The notes under the pieces were generated by a model. The model was not told the DNA's origin and did no database searches. It saw nothing but the letters and a program-made list of their open reading frames with translations. The position numbers and the translations under genes were made by a program. A stretch of DNA of 63,418 nt, counting the filler, from Choristocarpus tenellus KU-1152 (Eukaryota; Protista; Phaeophyceae): assembly GCA_964200185.2 (NCBI GenBank). It is 7 parts of 7 records of this genome, joined end to end, with 100 filler letters (N's around TTAATTAATTAA, not from the genome) between each part and the next. Parts side by side here need not be neighbours in the genome. Positions count along the whole stretch, not along the records: positions 1 to 14,861 come from CAXNAD020001102.1; positions 14,962 to 19,185 come from CAXNAD020015604.1; positions 19,286 to 26,337 come from CAXNAD020006776.1; positions 26,438 to 32,702 come from CAXNAD020008534.1; 3 more parts are not named here. One strand, given 5' to 3'. Position 1 is the first letter of the stretch. Each line of letters opens with the position of its first letter. Positions 13,334-26,449 of this stretch are shown here, piece by piece.

Positions 13334-14121
13334 CTGCGTGTGAACATGACTAACTCCTGCAGATTATGCGATTTGGGGGTGTAGGTGGTAAGGAGGTGGG
13401 GTGAAGGAATCCTGTCGATTATTGTCTGATATCATAAACGATTTAATACTTACGGAAAAATGATCTTTTCACAATATCATCTCCAACGTGGGATGCACAG
13501 TGTATTTGTATTGAGAGGATAAAATATGAGCGTGTTACCTACACGTTTTTGGTCGTAAGTTTAATTGCATCAAGTTAAAGTGGAGCGACAGATCCAAGAC
13601 TTGAATATGTCAATACTTGGTGAAAAGAGCTCGTGATACAACCCATGTTCTTTTCATACCCCTGGACCCCAAGATGTTGTGTTTCTATCCCGTATACCCC
13701 AATCTGCATTACCCAAAACTATGAAACACCTATCATGATATGTTATACGGCAATAGCGGTTAAGTAATATGCATAAAGCAAACACTGATAGTATACATTT
13801 CAAATGTATTCTGCGGGCAGTAAGACACTACAGTTGGAGGATGATGAAACCTACTATATGCTCAGCAAACACGACTGGATCACGCCACGACTGCATACAG
13901 ATCTACGAATCATCATAGGAGATATATGCCAGAGAGAGCTCTATGCCTCGCATACGATTCGATCCAGAAACGATCAAACAAGAACAGCCAGATGGAAAAG
14001 CAGAAGAGGGATCGAGATTGAGGTCGAAGGGAAAACATCCCTCGCTTGCCCCCAACTGTCTGTCCTTCCCTCTCCCTGCACAGTCCCATCGATCCAATTC
14101 AGCCATACTGCCATGGACCAA

Positions 14122-14302
14122 GCCTCAAAGTATCTGAGGGGGGATGGTGCCTGTCCATTTGGGGTCAATTTTTTATGTCGCGATTTTTGGTTGATTTGAT
14201 TGCATACGGGGCAGGTGGATGATGTAAATGCACGTTCCTTATTTTGTCCCAAATGGACACCCTGGTGGAGCCCCCCCCCCCCTCCCCTAGATACTTTGGA
14301 TC
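14122..14302. mobile_element. MITE family B, copy 2 (181 bp, TSD CAA, opposite orientation to copy 1)
   Basis: caa|gcctcaaagtatctg...agatactttggatc|caa. Confidence 0.88.
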
Positions 14303-14313
14303 CAAACGCTTAG

Positions 14314-14472
14314 TAATGATCCTTCCGCAGGTTCACCTCCACATCATCTGTTACAACTTCGCCTTCCTCTAAATGTTGAGGTTCAGATAACTTCCTACGG
14401 TACCACGTGCCACAGTCCGGAATCTTCACTGAAGCATTCAATCGGTAGGTGCGACAGGCGATGTGTACAAAG
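14314..14472 (-). pseudogene. Dispersed, degenerate 3'-terminal fragment of nuclear 18S rRNA
   Basis: Plus strand taatgatccttccgcaggttcacct...cattcaatcggtaggtgcgacaggcgatgtgtacaaag is the reverse complement of the 18S 3' end. It has substitutions in universally conserved sites and is isolated from any other rDNA. Confidence 0.9.
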
Positions 14473-14721
14473 AAACTACAAGTACTCATCCAAAGGTATG
14501 AAAGTTGGACGTAGATCTTCAGATTGCTCTTGACTATGATGGTGGTTCTGTATACGGAGGAGAGGAGATTTGAGAATTCCCAAGGGGCTGGTTGGCATCA
14601 TGGATCCACATTGCATGATTTCGCTCTTCCGCTTCGATATCTGTCACATGTTAGTATTATGTGAAGAACAGAGCCCTGTAAGAGTCGAAAGGGAATCTAA
14701 CTGATGGACCACTCAATATTT

Positions 14722-14861
14722 GACTCAAAGTATCTAGAGGGGGGGTTGCGGCTGTCCATTTGGGGTCAATTCTTTCATATCACGATTATTGGGTGATTTG
14801 GTTGCTTACGTCGGATGGATAATGTAAATGCACTTTTCCTGATTTTGACCCAAATGGACAC
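14722..14861. mobile_element. MITE family B, copy 3 (truncated by contig end)
   Basis: gactcaaagtatctagaggggggg...ctgtccatttgggg...cccaaatggacac. Confidence 0.82.
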
Positions 14862-14961
14862 NNNNNNNNNNNNNNNNNNNNNNNNNNNNNNNNNNNNNNN
14901 NNNNNTTAATTAATTAANNNNNNNNNNNNNNNNNNNNNNNNNNNNNNNNNNNNNNNNNNNN
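14862..14961. other. Artificial contig-joining linker (N-TTAATTAATTAA-N, 100 bp); also at 19186-19285, 26338-26437, 32703-32802, 40587-40686 and 54450-54549
   Basis: The same 100-bp N-padded spacer with stops in all six frames occurs six times. Confidence 0.97.
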
Positions 14962-15155
14962 TTTTTTTTTAAATTACATTTTCCTATTCCGAAGTGTTTC
15001 GGAGTAGGTAAAAGGTATACCTTATGAAAGGTGTGTCCGAAACAAGGATATTGACGCTTCCTAACAAACACGATAGCCAAAATTACATTAAAATGACAAC
15101 ATTGCATTTTGACCCCCAAATGGACGTGGCTGTACCCTCTAAGATACTTGGGCTC
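14962..15155. mobile_element. MITE family A, copy 2 (truncated by contig start)
   Basis: Homologous internal sequence; right TIR taccctctaagatacttgggctc. Confidence 0.82.
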
Positions 15156-17384
15156 TAGTAGTAGTAATTAATATTATAATTTATTATGAAATTGATTGGA
15201 AGTGATACAGCCCCCCATCATAACTCTTTTTTAAGAATATTATGAAGGGCTTGGGTGTTAGGGTTCTTTTTCACCTGGCAGGAAAATCTACATTAAAAAT
15301 ATATATATATATTCTCAGTTAAAAAAATATATTGACTACTGTTATGTTCCCATCACTGTGTGTACCCATTGGATACTTATATATATATATATTATTATTA
15401 TTGTGTACCCTTTATTGAAATTGTTAATATTAATGTTTTATTAGTACCTTTTTATCGTCATTATTTATGTTATTTTATTGTGTACCTTTTATAGATGTTA
15501 TTATTCTCTGTACCCTTTATTGACATAGCTAACATTATTTTATACTGAGTACCTTTTATTGTCATTATTGATTTTATTTTTATTGTGAACCTTTTATTGG
15601 TGTTACTTTACTCTGTACCCTCTATTGGCAGTATTATTTTTTACTGTGATAACAGTTATATACATGATTTTAACATGTTGACTTTCTACCGACACCCACA
15701 TCTAAATATTAGTTTTATTAGTATTATTTTCTTTTTAGTTTTTTCAAACCATAATTTTTTTCTTTACATATATTGTCGAAATACTAGAGATGTGGTTGAA
15801 ATTTTATTCTTCCATTATGTTTGATACATATTTTTCTCTATAGTTTCTTAATTTTTCTTTTTGATTTATATTGTATGAGAGGGGTATTATAAATATGGTG
15901 AAATAAGGTGTACAATTATAGTCATAATACACAGTATTGTTTTGATAATATTCCTATTCCTCTGTAGAATATCAATTACATATATAAAGAGATCCTGATA
16001 TCCTTACAGGCAGGTGAAAATATAATACATCCGGCTCAGGGCTAGCAAGAGAGATGTTGATAGCTTGAGAGAGCGATTTTAATTTATTTACATCATCTGT
16101 CAGGCGTATCAACATACACTTTTTTATTTTGTTGATAAAGTAGAAAAATATAAAATAAAATAAAATTGAATCGCGTAAAAAAAAAACGTTACCCACTTTT
16201 ATTGAAAATTTCAAAAATATGCAGTTCGTTGTTGTGGTAATAATAATGATAATAATAATAATAATGGTTTGTGTTTAGATAGTAGTATTCTAATCAAAGA
16301 TAATCAATCACTTGGTAAATTTGCAGCGGTTTTTATTAAAAAAATAGAAAAAATAGAAAAAAAGATTTCTGCACGAAAAAAAATAGAGATCGAGTGGGAT
16401 GATATTATTATTTTAACATTAGAACAGGTTCAAAAAACGCCATATTTTCAGGGGTTGACATTATAGTGCCTAGGTAATATGCCGCCCACATCAATCAAAG
16501 AAGCAAGTAAAAAATTGTCGATGGAAGAGCAATTGTTGAAGCATCAGGAAGTGTTTCCTTAGGAACAGTTGGACAAACGGGTAGAGAGAGAGAGAGAGCA
16601 CAGGCGTGGTAATACCGACTCAAATTACTATATAACAAAAACTACGAGCTGAGTTACAACCGCCTAATCTGATTGAAATAGCACACCTACACCAAGGTTT
16701 GGACCTTCGGCTTGTGCAGTTTTAAATACTCGCTTACCAAGTACTAGAGAACCGTCACCTTTGACGGATAACCTTTTAGGATTACCGACACCCACCCCTA
16801 AATATTATCATTATTATTATTATTATTATTATTCATAAATTGTGACGATTTGTTGGTTCTCATGTTGGGATTATGACCCTACAGGTTTTTGACCTGTTGG
16901 AGAGTGGGTCCTGTGAGTTCGGCCCAGACCTCATGGACGCAGTGGCCTCCTTCGCCCTCTTCAGACACAAGCACTCCAACCACGACCAAGATCAAGAAAG
17001 CGATCAAGAAAGACATAGCGCTACTGCCTATTCAGATGGAGAGACTGAGGGATTGGCCTGTGACACAAGGGAGGGAGGGTCGGAACCCCACACGCTGGCA
17101 GCAGGGGAGGAGGGACGAGAAGTTTCCGGTACTTCTGAAGGCGGTGTTGGTAACACGAGGGATGTTTGTGTCGTTACAACGCACCTCTACTGGCACCCCC
17201 ATGGGTGAGTTTTTAAAGTTTTTTTTGTCGATTGACAAGGGGTTTTCAAGCTTGTAGGTAGGCGTGTGTGTGTGTGTATGTGTGTGTATAGATGTGGTGA
17301 TACGTATGTGCGTTTATTTTATTTTATTTTAGTTATTTGATTCATTGTCGGGAAGTGTTTCTACTGCTTGGTGTGCTGGAGCAG

Positions 17385-17630
17385 TTGTATTTTTTGCTAA
17401 AATTACTCCAGGCGTTTGTTTTGAGGGCTCTTCTGCCCCCATGTGTCTATTGTATTTCTGCTAAAATTACTCCAGGCATTTGTTTTGGGGCTCTTCCACC
17501 CCAGGCATCCTTTGTATTTTTTGCTAAAATTACTCCAGGCATTTGTTTTGGGGCTCTTCCACCTCAGGCATCCTTTGTATTTTTTGCTAAAATTACTCCA
17601 GGTGTTTTTTTGGGGGCTCTTCCGCCCAAG
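17385..17630. repeat. Tandem repeat, 63-64 bp unit x ~4
   Basis: gctaaaattactccagg recurs at 17396, 17460, 17523 and 17586. Confidence 0.9.
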
Positions 17631-17696
17631 ATGCCCTACAGCACAGTACAGTAGTAGTGGTAGTAGCAGAGGTAGTTGATCTCTTTTGTGTCTTGA

Positions 17697-17837
17697 GTTA
17701 GGGTAGAGGGTTAGGGTTAGGGTTAGGGTTAAGGTTTGCAAATCGAAAGGCTTTTGGGGTACAAAGTGTCCCCAAATAAATAAATATATATATATTTTTT
17801 AGGTATTTGATTGAATCTGAGGGTTAGGGTTAGGGTT
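17697..17837. repeat. Short interstitial telomere-like (TTAGGG)n tracts
   Basis: ttagggtagagggttagggttagggttagggttaagg at ~17698-17734 and gggttagggttagggtt at 17821-17837. Confidence 0.8.
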
Positions 17838-18200
17838 GAGGCACCAATCAGGCGTACAAGCCAAGGCAGAGGAAGGACTGTGAGGAGATTTTGAGTTGAA
17901 ATGCAGAAAGACCTCTCTCTCTCTCTCTCTCTCTCTACCTGAAAAAAATGAGTTTTTTGAGGCACACTGTGGAGAGAGGCACGTGTATATAGAAACATGT
18001 GTGCTCTCAGGGTGTGTACCCACAAGAATACAACTGACTAGCGAACAAGATCCTGGTACTAATTTTTTATTATTGGCAATTTCATTGGTTCAATTTTGGA
18101 GCCCTGTTGGTATATATATATATATATTAATTTGGGAGGGGGGGGGTCAGGATTTTTGCTGAAGTGGTTGATATCAGTAGGTGATACTGCAGAGCATGGG

Positions 18201-18240
<40 letters not shown>

Positions 18241-19352
18241 AGGTATTGTTTTGGAAACAGTTGACACACTGTTAGACCTGATGTGTGTTCTGCAATGATC
18301 AGTGATAGTGAAGTGATAGTGAAGTGTGCTGCTTCCTGTCTTCAATGTGAGTTTGAATCAGAGTGTTTTTTGGGGAGGGAGGGCGCCGGGGGCAGGGGCC
18401 TACTGCCAATGTGCAAGAGGGTCTCTAAGATTTTCTTCATCTTTTTTTTCTGGGGTCCCACGAGTAAACCGCTATGAGGTTATACCCTAAATTGTCGGCG
18501 AGGTCCATCTTCGGTCCTGTACCTTTTGTGCACTACCTGCTCTAAATCCGTGAGAAGAAACGCCTTCCTGATGGTAAAATTCCCGACTCAAGGAGGGTTC
18601 AAAACAGATGCTGAACAGAGGGAGCATACTTTGCATGCTTCATAGTGAAATGTAACTCTTGATAGTGAAATATATATATATATATATATATATATGGGGT
18701 TTTTTTCCTGATTTTTTTTTTTAAGGCCTGTAACACCTTTTTGCGTGGTCTTCTACTTTTAAAATGGTGAAAAAAACAAAAACAAAAACAAAAAAATCCT
18801 TTGGTCAATTCGCAGAACAATATCCGAGAGGAAGTTCTGTAAACACCTCACTTACCAGGACAAATGCCCATGCCCATGCCCATGCCCATGGGATGTGCTG
18901 TAAAATGTACCCTCGATAGTTTCTTCTTTTTTTTGTACTCCCAAAACCTACCAACAGCAATCTTAAGACAAAGACAGTGTTAGGTTCATGAGACCCCCCT
19001 CATGTCGATCGATGAATGGGATGGTATATAGGACTCCTCCTGCTGTTGTTGACGTTTCCACTGGAGTGAGACAAAAATATCACAACACAAAACCAACGTG
19101 GTGCAGAAAGCAGCAAGAAGACGCATACCCCCCCCCCCACACCCACCCCCGTACCTACCTCCTCGCTTAACTCTATGTTCCCTTCNNNNNNNNNNNNNNN
19201 NNNNNNNNNNNNNNNNNNNNNNNNNNNNNTTAATTAATTAANNNNNNNNNNNNNNNNNNNNNNNNNNNNNNNNNNNNNNNNNNNNCGCTCGGCCGCTGGC
19301 GGGCTTTGCGTGGGTTGGATGTAGTGGGGGAAGGGGTGGGGGGGCGGAAGGT

Positions 19353-19392
<40 letters not shown>

Positions 19393-19394
19393 AC

Positions 19395-22300
19395 TGCCAC
19401 TCTTGCTCGCAGGAGCTTCAGTTCTTCATTAACCCTGTCCACTGTCTTGAAGGCGTCAACCTGTGCCAGCAGCAGGTGGATGTAAAATTGGAAATTTTGT
19501 GGAGGTGTCATACTGTACCACAACATGTACCACTGTGGAACGAAAGCAAGCAAGGTGGGGGTTTGACCACCAGACCTACACAGATCCAGGTCATGTAAGG
19601 GGGCCACTACTCATCTGCTGCTCGCAGTAGCATTCCCGTCCCTAATCTCAGAATATATATATATATATATATCTTCCCTCGTTGTCAAGTCATGGGAGGG
19701 ATTGGTAATGCTATGGAAGGCTTTTAAAATCCTTTTCTTTCCCCTTTGTTCTTTGTTCTCCTCCTCCTAAATCTCATCATTCTCTAACCTTACGACCAGC
19801 AATCACAGGCAACCAATACCAGGCAAGTCCTCCCCTTCACACACACACGACTCTGAAATATTCCACGCCTGAATATTACTACGAACTCCTTCCTGTTCCC
19901 ACCAATTTCGTTGCACCAACCGCATCTCATTGCAATTGTCCTAACCAACCCCCTCAACATACCAGACGGGGCACATCTCGGCTTGCCTGGGAGCAGCATC
20001 AGACGGGATTCACAATTCCAAGAAGAAAAAGAAGAAAATTTGAGCAGGCAAGAGAATACAAATTTTTAAAAAAGGGCAAACGCATCCGGTTTCAATACTC
20101 CATGCCAAACATAGAGCTTCAAGTGAAAGATCCTTAGAGGGTACGGGTTTTGCCCCTGTTTCTCCGTTTGGGGTTTGTCTTCCTATGGGTTTTCTTACGG
20201 CAATTTTCTGTTCCAAAACGTCTTGGAGTCGTTAAAACGCACACGTTTTGGAGTAGGTAAAATGCGTATGTCCGGAACAAGGATATTGACAATTCCTACC
20301 AAACACAATAGCCAAAATTACATCAAAATCACAACAGTGGATTTCGGCCCCCAAAACGGACGCGACCCTAACTCCTCTGAGATACGTCGACCCTTCCTGT
20401 TCCGTCCGTGCGCAAAGATTAAAAAAAATATAATCAGCTTGCGTCTTAGCACCCCTCCACAACACTCTATTATTATCGTTGCAACTATTCCTATTTTCAA
20501 GATCAATCTTGAAGCGACTACCTCCTCCCCAGTAACGCCTCCTTCAAACCTTGGCTGCAGTGGCACGCTGAACAGCTCCGGTATTGCTACTCTTGCGCCG
20601 TATCATTTTGAGCAGGTGGCGCTGTCCTCTTTGAAAGTACGGCTGCTTAAACTCGCGCCAGTTAGCATCATGCCGGGTCTTGTTGAAGCTGTACATATTG
20701 AGCTACCCGGGAAAGTTGGGGGGGGTGGCGGGAGGGGGTGGTTAGAGATGTTGTTTACACAGTTTGTGCAATGCATTATCAACGAAAAAATATCGAGCCT
20801 TAAACCATCTGGAGCTCATTTATGCATAGATTCGGACAACCAAAACCAGGTAAGAACCACAACAAATCCTCCGACTTCATGGGGTTGTAAGAATTGTGTA
20901 GTTCACCAAAAACACGCGAGATGAAATCTAACACTCAATACAAAAGCTATTGATCGCCACTCTGAAAATATCGGGGGGTAGAGTGCAAATTGTATAAATG
21001 TGGAGTTCGGTATATTCCTCCTTACTTCTCATTATATAGTCCAAAAAACAGGAACAGTGGCACATCCTCTCATGTCTCATCATTTCCACCCAAGCAAGAC
21101 TGTGAACAGACAGCTTTCCTCGAAAGCCATCGATATCTGTATGGCCAACTATGCGGCCCAATCATTCAGAGCACACAAGAGATCAGAAATAGAAGTTGCA
21201 CAGAGTTTGTGGGGGGGTGGGGAGGGGAGGGAAGGATACTAACTATGATAGAGTTCATTGAATGGATCTACTGACTAAGCCCAGTTTCAGCGTGGGGCAC
21301 CATAAATCATCTGATCATCAGGGACTGGTGCGTTGGTGCCTATGGAGAGTGGAAAAGCCACCCATCTACAGTTGCATCCCCTCAAGCACCAATCCACACA
21401 GGCAGCACCTCCAGTTGGCCATCATCCACTTACCATCCCAATCCCCATCAAAAGAGTTGGTATTGGAGCCTCCATAAAAAAAGTATGTAACAATTTGCAC
21501 AGAGGCCCAAGGAAGAACAACTACCGGGACTCACGCAGAAATGTCACGTATTCTGTTATTAAGGTGTACCTTAACCCGCTACAGAACTAACCACAAACCT
21601 CTTTTTCTCGTTCTTCAACACTGAATTTCTGTACTTTCACATTCCAATAAACCTACATCCATATCCACCACCACTGCATCGTCATCAAAACCTCACCACC
21701 ACCTGCCCCCCAACACTCACACACACACACACACACACACACACCGCTTAGCAAATATTCACACCAGCCCCATACATGCATCAGCAAGACAGACGTTGGG
21801 GTCTCGTAACAGTCGCATCATGATCCCACTCACCCCCCGGCCACGACACGCATGAGAAATAACCCACAGCGAACCCTGCCACCCTCAACTACCTGTCGAA
21901 CAAAGCTCTGAAAATTGTTGTGCTTATAGTAGCTCGGGAGCACTGTTGAAGCAAACTCTTCAACACGCTTGATGTGGATGCTGGTGCCTGCCTGGAGAGC
22001 AAACAGGTGGGCAGAGACGAGGATGGGGATGAGGCAAAGCAGGCAGGACGAGTGGGGCGGTTAGTGGGGGGTTGTTAGGGTATGTGCGCAGTGTGAGTTG
22101 AGAATGGGCATGTGTCACAGTCTAGAGCTGAGACAAGAAGTCTCCATGCACGTTTCAGGGGCATACAGTCGAATGTAGTTTTATTTTGCAGGGTGAGACG
22201 CACTGGTTTCAAACCGCAGTTTGTGCGCTGTTGTCCTGCTGAATTCTGTTCTCTAGTCACTGAGCCAAGCATTGTGCAATCACAAACAGGGCGCAAGAGG

Positions 22301-24054
22301 TGGGGTCTGAGCAGGTGCAGGTGGTGTATGCTGACCTGGGTTGGATCACACTCAGTAATGATGTTGAGTGTATCGAAGTTTGTGCAACACAATCGAGAAG
22401 GCATGGGGTAAAGTCCCGAAGTAAGATGAAGAAGCCTCCATGGTTCAGAGGCAGTTCTTGAGGGTCTCTTTTCAAACATGGGGAGTCTTATCATCCTATC
22501 TGGCGCCATAGTGAACACTAGGGGGTCACAGAGAGGTGTAGGAAAAGGTTCATTCCAAGGCATGCAAATCAAGCAGCACCAAATGCAGTTATTTGTCACA
22601 TAGTATGATTAAAACATTAGCAACCTTAACTTGAGTGTATTCAATAGTGTTGAAATTGAATAATGCATAGTTGGATGGGATGAGCACCACCAAATGTGAA
22701 GTTGTTATATTTCATTGATTCTTGGTGTATTCTTTGCTTGTGTAATTCTTTATCAGAGTGGCTTATCACCCCTGACAAAGGCATTTGTAAGACACCATCA
22801 TGAAGAACGGGTACGTGCCTCCTGTACTCAACGGATGCATTGTACGATGTACACAGACACTACAGCATAGTGAAGTTACATCTCGTCAGAGCATTAACAC
22901 CAATTTGCTAATAAGTTGTCTGGAAAAACTCCAAGAACATCCTACAACTCATTTTTAAGTGAAAGGCCCTTCTTCAGTTTACAGCATACGTTTTTCCGAC
23001 CTATGTTCCTTTGACCCTTCAGTACACAGGTCTAAGAACTCACCAGAGAAAAGGTGTCGTGCAATGAACGCATCTATATCCCTACGTAATGTGCTTGTCA
23101 GCCCAAGCGGGGACTGCTTAAACTCCATGTACCGCTTTGCAACTGCTATTATACGTACTTATTCGGTTGGCATAATGCAACTAATGTTACTGCCCTACTC
23201 TTACACCCTTACACGCCATAGCTACCTCCGTTGCTGACATGAAGCAAATTAGAACCTGAGCAGTAAAAAACACCCTTCAAATCCTTTCGGGAGGAAAGGG
23301 CGTACCGTGCGTAACCCACGTATGCATGCAGTGCGTATTGTGTGTATGTGAGTTTGTTTGTCAATGTGCCGTAATAACCATTCACTTGTGACCGCGAGTT
23401 GATACGGTCTCTCATCTCCCATCCATTACGCACATCATTCCACCCGATGCAGCTGTCATACTTGTGTGACTCCAGTATGTCGAACAGCTTCTCCAAGAAG
23501 GCAGCGACAGATTGCTCCCCTCGCTTCCCAAAAGTCTTGTGCAATGCAGACTCGGCATCATCCGCATCCTACGATTGGGAGTGAATGATGTGGGATGGCA
23601 ACCTGATAAGGTAAAAAAAAAGTGTAAGGTCATCCTTCTCCGACTCACACCTTGTGTTCTGCAACTCCCACTTCGTATTAATACCAAACCCCCACATATG
23701 CAAACCAAAACCTCCCAGAGGATACCCAGCAGGTGGTATGGTTATTTGGTATTTGAAAATGAACTGAGTTCCTTTTTCCATCGATCAGCTTTATTCCTGT
23801 GCAGAATAGATTGTGCTATCTGCCCCGCGATCATGTTTCACCTCATTGTCGACTTCCTCAGTTTTGTCCCCCACAGACCCAGTCTCCCCACTCCCATCCT
23901 CGTTGGCGAACCCGCCACCCACAGCTCCAGATATGATTGGCTCAGTATCTAGGCCTGCAGACAGCATTGTCTCTCCCGCCATAGAAGCTGGCACAAGAAT
24001 CCCATCTCCATCGTCACCACTTCCAGTACCCCCACCCCAGACATGATGCCACAT
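19395..24054 (-). CDS. Heat shock factor (HSF)-type transcription factor; 3' end runs into the contig break
   Basis: Exons 24054-23842, 23568-23434, 21991-21893, 20702-20550 and 19460-19395 are all phase 0 with GT-AG boundaries. Spliced protein: VAAFLEKLFDILESHKYDSCIGWNDAGTSIHIKRVEEFASTVLPSYYKHNNFQSFVRQLNMYSFNK...EFKQPYFQRGQRHLLKMIRRK, a complete HSF DNA-binding domain, followed by the coiled coil VNEELKLLRARVA. Confidence 0.93.
20121..20393. mobile_element. MITE family A, copy 3 (TSD TTC), in an HSF intron
   Basis: ttc|aagtgaaagatccttagagggtac...ctcctctgagatacgtcgaccc|ttc. Confidence 0.82.
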
Positions 24055-26449
24055 CTGGGTATGGCTTTTGGATTGTTTTCAACCACACTACCATCTCAGT
24101 AACATGAGGTAACCTTTCTTCCACGGATCTATCTCTTATGAACTTTATTAGTGATGATCAAGATGAAAGATGATCATGCATTTAATAAAAGATGGATATA
24201 TCTTCTGAGATCGGAGTTGGTCATTACACCTTTTTTCATGAATCGGACGAACTGAGGGAAACAAGTAACTCTAACGAAGGAAGTTTGAACAGGCCCACAG
24301 AATCCTTCAACTGGAACAAGTAATATCGAGAAAATAATGTTTATCACCTTCGGCGGGATAGACACACACGTTCCGATGTTCGGTCGAAATTTCAAAACAC
24401 CAGAACCACCCACGAACTCTCACCATCCAAATATCTCAGGATAGATAGTAGGATGTGGAGAAATTATGGAAACACTTAAACTTCGTTGATTTTTCTTGGA
24501 GGAGGAAGAGGGTCATGGTAAGGTGATCTACATTTATTATAAAATGATATATAGTAGTAGTAGATCAGTTTCAGGGTGATATTATTGATAGTGAATAGAA
24601 CACTAGTTTGGGGATTGGACGCAGGCCTTAACCAGAACTCGACATCACAGTCCAGTCTCAACCCTTTGCGAGGTCCTCCACAAAAAGGTCAAATCCTCGC
24701 ACCCATGGACAGTTTATGAACCCTTTAAACACATAATAGATAGGTCGTGACATCTTTTCCCACACCCAACACAGAAATGCTGTCAACCCTTCAATTAATT
24801 GTGGGTGGTGGCACCCACCAACTACGTACCACGGCCCATTTCCTTTCTTTCTTGCCTTACTGCCTCATCACTCATCACACACTCTCCAATTATTATGAAC
24901 AATCCTGGTTGGGTGCTGAGTCTTTGGTCCAGGGTACTAGGGGTGGTGACTAACTTCGTGACAACTCCAACCACCCGTCCGTCCTAAATGCTGCCTGTTT
25001 CTGAAAAGCAGAGAAAAAATCGGCGGCAAGCATTTCCCCCCAACACTAATAATATCAATCGACAAAAATCTAGTAGTCTCTAAATCACCATCACCAAGAT
25101 ATTTTATTGGGCTTACTTCGTTACTACTTGATTGGATCCGGTGAGAACTCACTTTTTAAACGAAGCCATAATCCCAACAACAGTAGTATGAATCAGAGTG
25201 AGGGGTGCCCAAAATCACGTTCAATTTGTTGACAATAGATACTACTACTGTTGATGCGATGGTGACCACAGAAGCAACATTTAAGGCTAAGAATACAACA
25301 ACTGTCTGTATTCCTTACTGATTTGCAGAATATAAGTTTTGGATCACCTAGAGAATCCAGTCACCATAATACTCCAGAGTATAATATAATATATCACTAC
25401 ATACGCAGTGGTAGGTATCTGAAACTAGTGTCAGACACCGACCCCTTCATTTCTACTTGTAGTAAAATGAGATGCAAGACCATATTGAGGGAACAGCCCA
25501 TATTATAGTGATTCTTTTGTTATATACTGTCTGACAAGGATCTGTCTGTGCTGTGAAGCGATAATTATTAAAAATCTACAATTCCCTATTACCACTGTGA
25601 GCGTAAAAGTTACGCACAGACTACAGGTAGACATATGTGTGCTGATTCATCATCAAATATAGCGCAGGCAGACACAAGCAGCTCATCCTTGCTACTCAGG
25701 CACAGACACAGTCCTCCCTTGTGCCTTTCCTTCTGGTGCTGCTCAAGGACTGCGGCTGCTTAGATAGTCGTGTATGTTCCCCCATTTATCATTTTTTTCC
25801 CCTAGCAACAGCCCCCATTGTTTATCCAGACACTCAATTCCTGCCATTCCTTTCCTCCTGGCTAGTACCTGGCGGAGTTTTCCCTAACCTTTCTCCCCCA
25901 GCGCAGCTCCCCCCTGTTTCCCACACACAGCACTGTACCCTGCAGTACCCCATCCCAGCCACCGAAAGTCAGTAGTAACAAATGATGGTTGTTGGAAATG
26001 AGACACAGGAATATTTAGCTATACTATCGTGTTGGAAGCTTCGCGCAATAAAGACTCGTCGCAAGGAAATAATGGTGATTACATTGTAAATAAACACTCA
26101 TCAATAATTATTTAGACTTTTTTTCTTAACTATTGACTGACGTACCCACAAAGTCTGACTCATCGTACTGCTATGTATTGTACCGAACCTTACATAAACG
26201 TATTAGGCTAGGTTGATGTGGCATAGTTGGTAGTAAAATAGTAAATAGTACAAAAAAATAGAAAAATGTGAGAGTTTATGAAGTAAACTGAGTTTGTGGG
26301 CGGGAGAATTCTGGTTGGCTGGGGGCACAGGACAAGANNNNNNNNNNNNNNNNNNNNNNNNNNNNNNNNNNNNNNNNNNNNTTAATTAATTAANNNNNNN
26401 NNNNNNNNNNNNNNNNNNNNNNNNNNNNNNNNNNNNNGGACCACTACAG

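Noticed and set aside
20175-20924. 249-aa plus-strand ORF, the longest in the track
   Set aside because: It runs through a MITE and the antisense of an HSF exon, with no domain signal.
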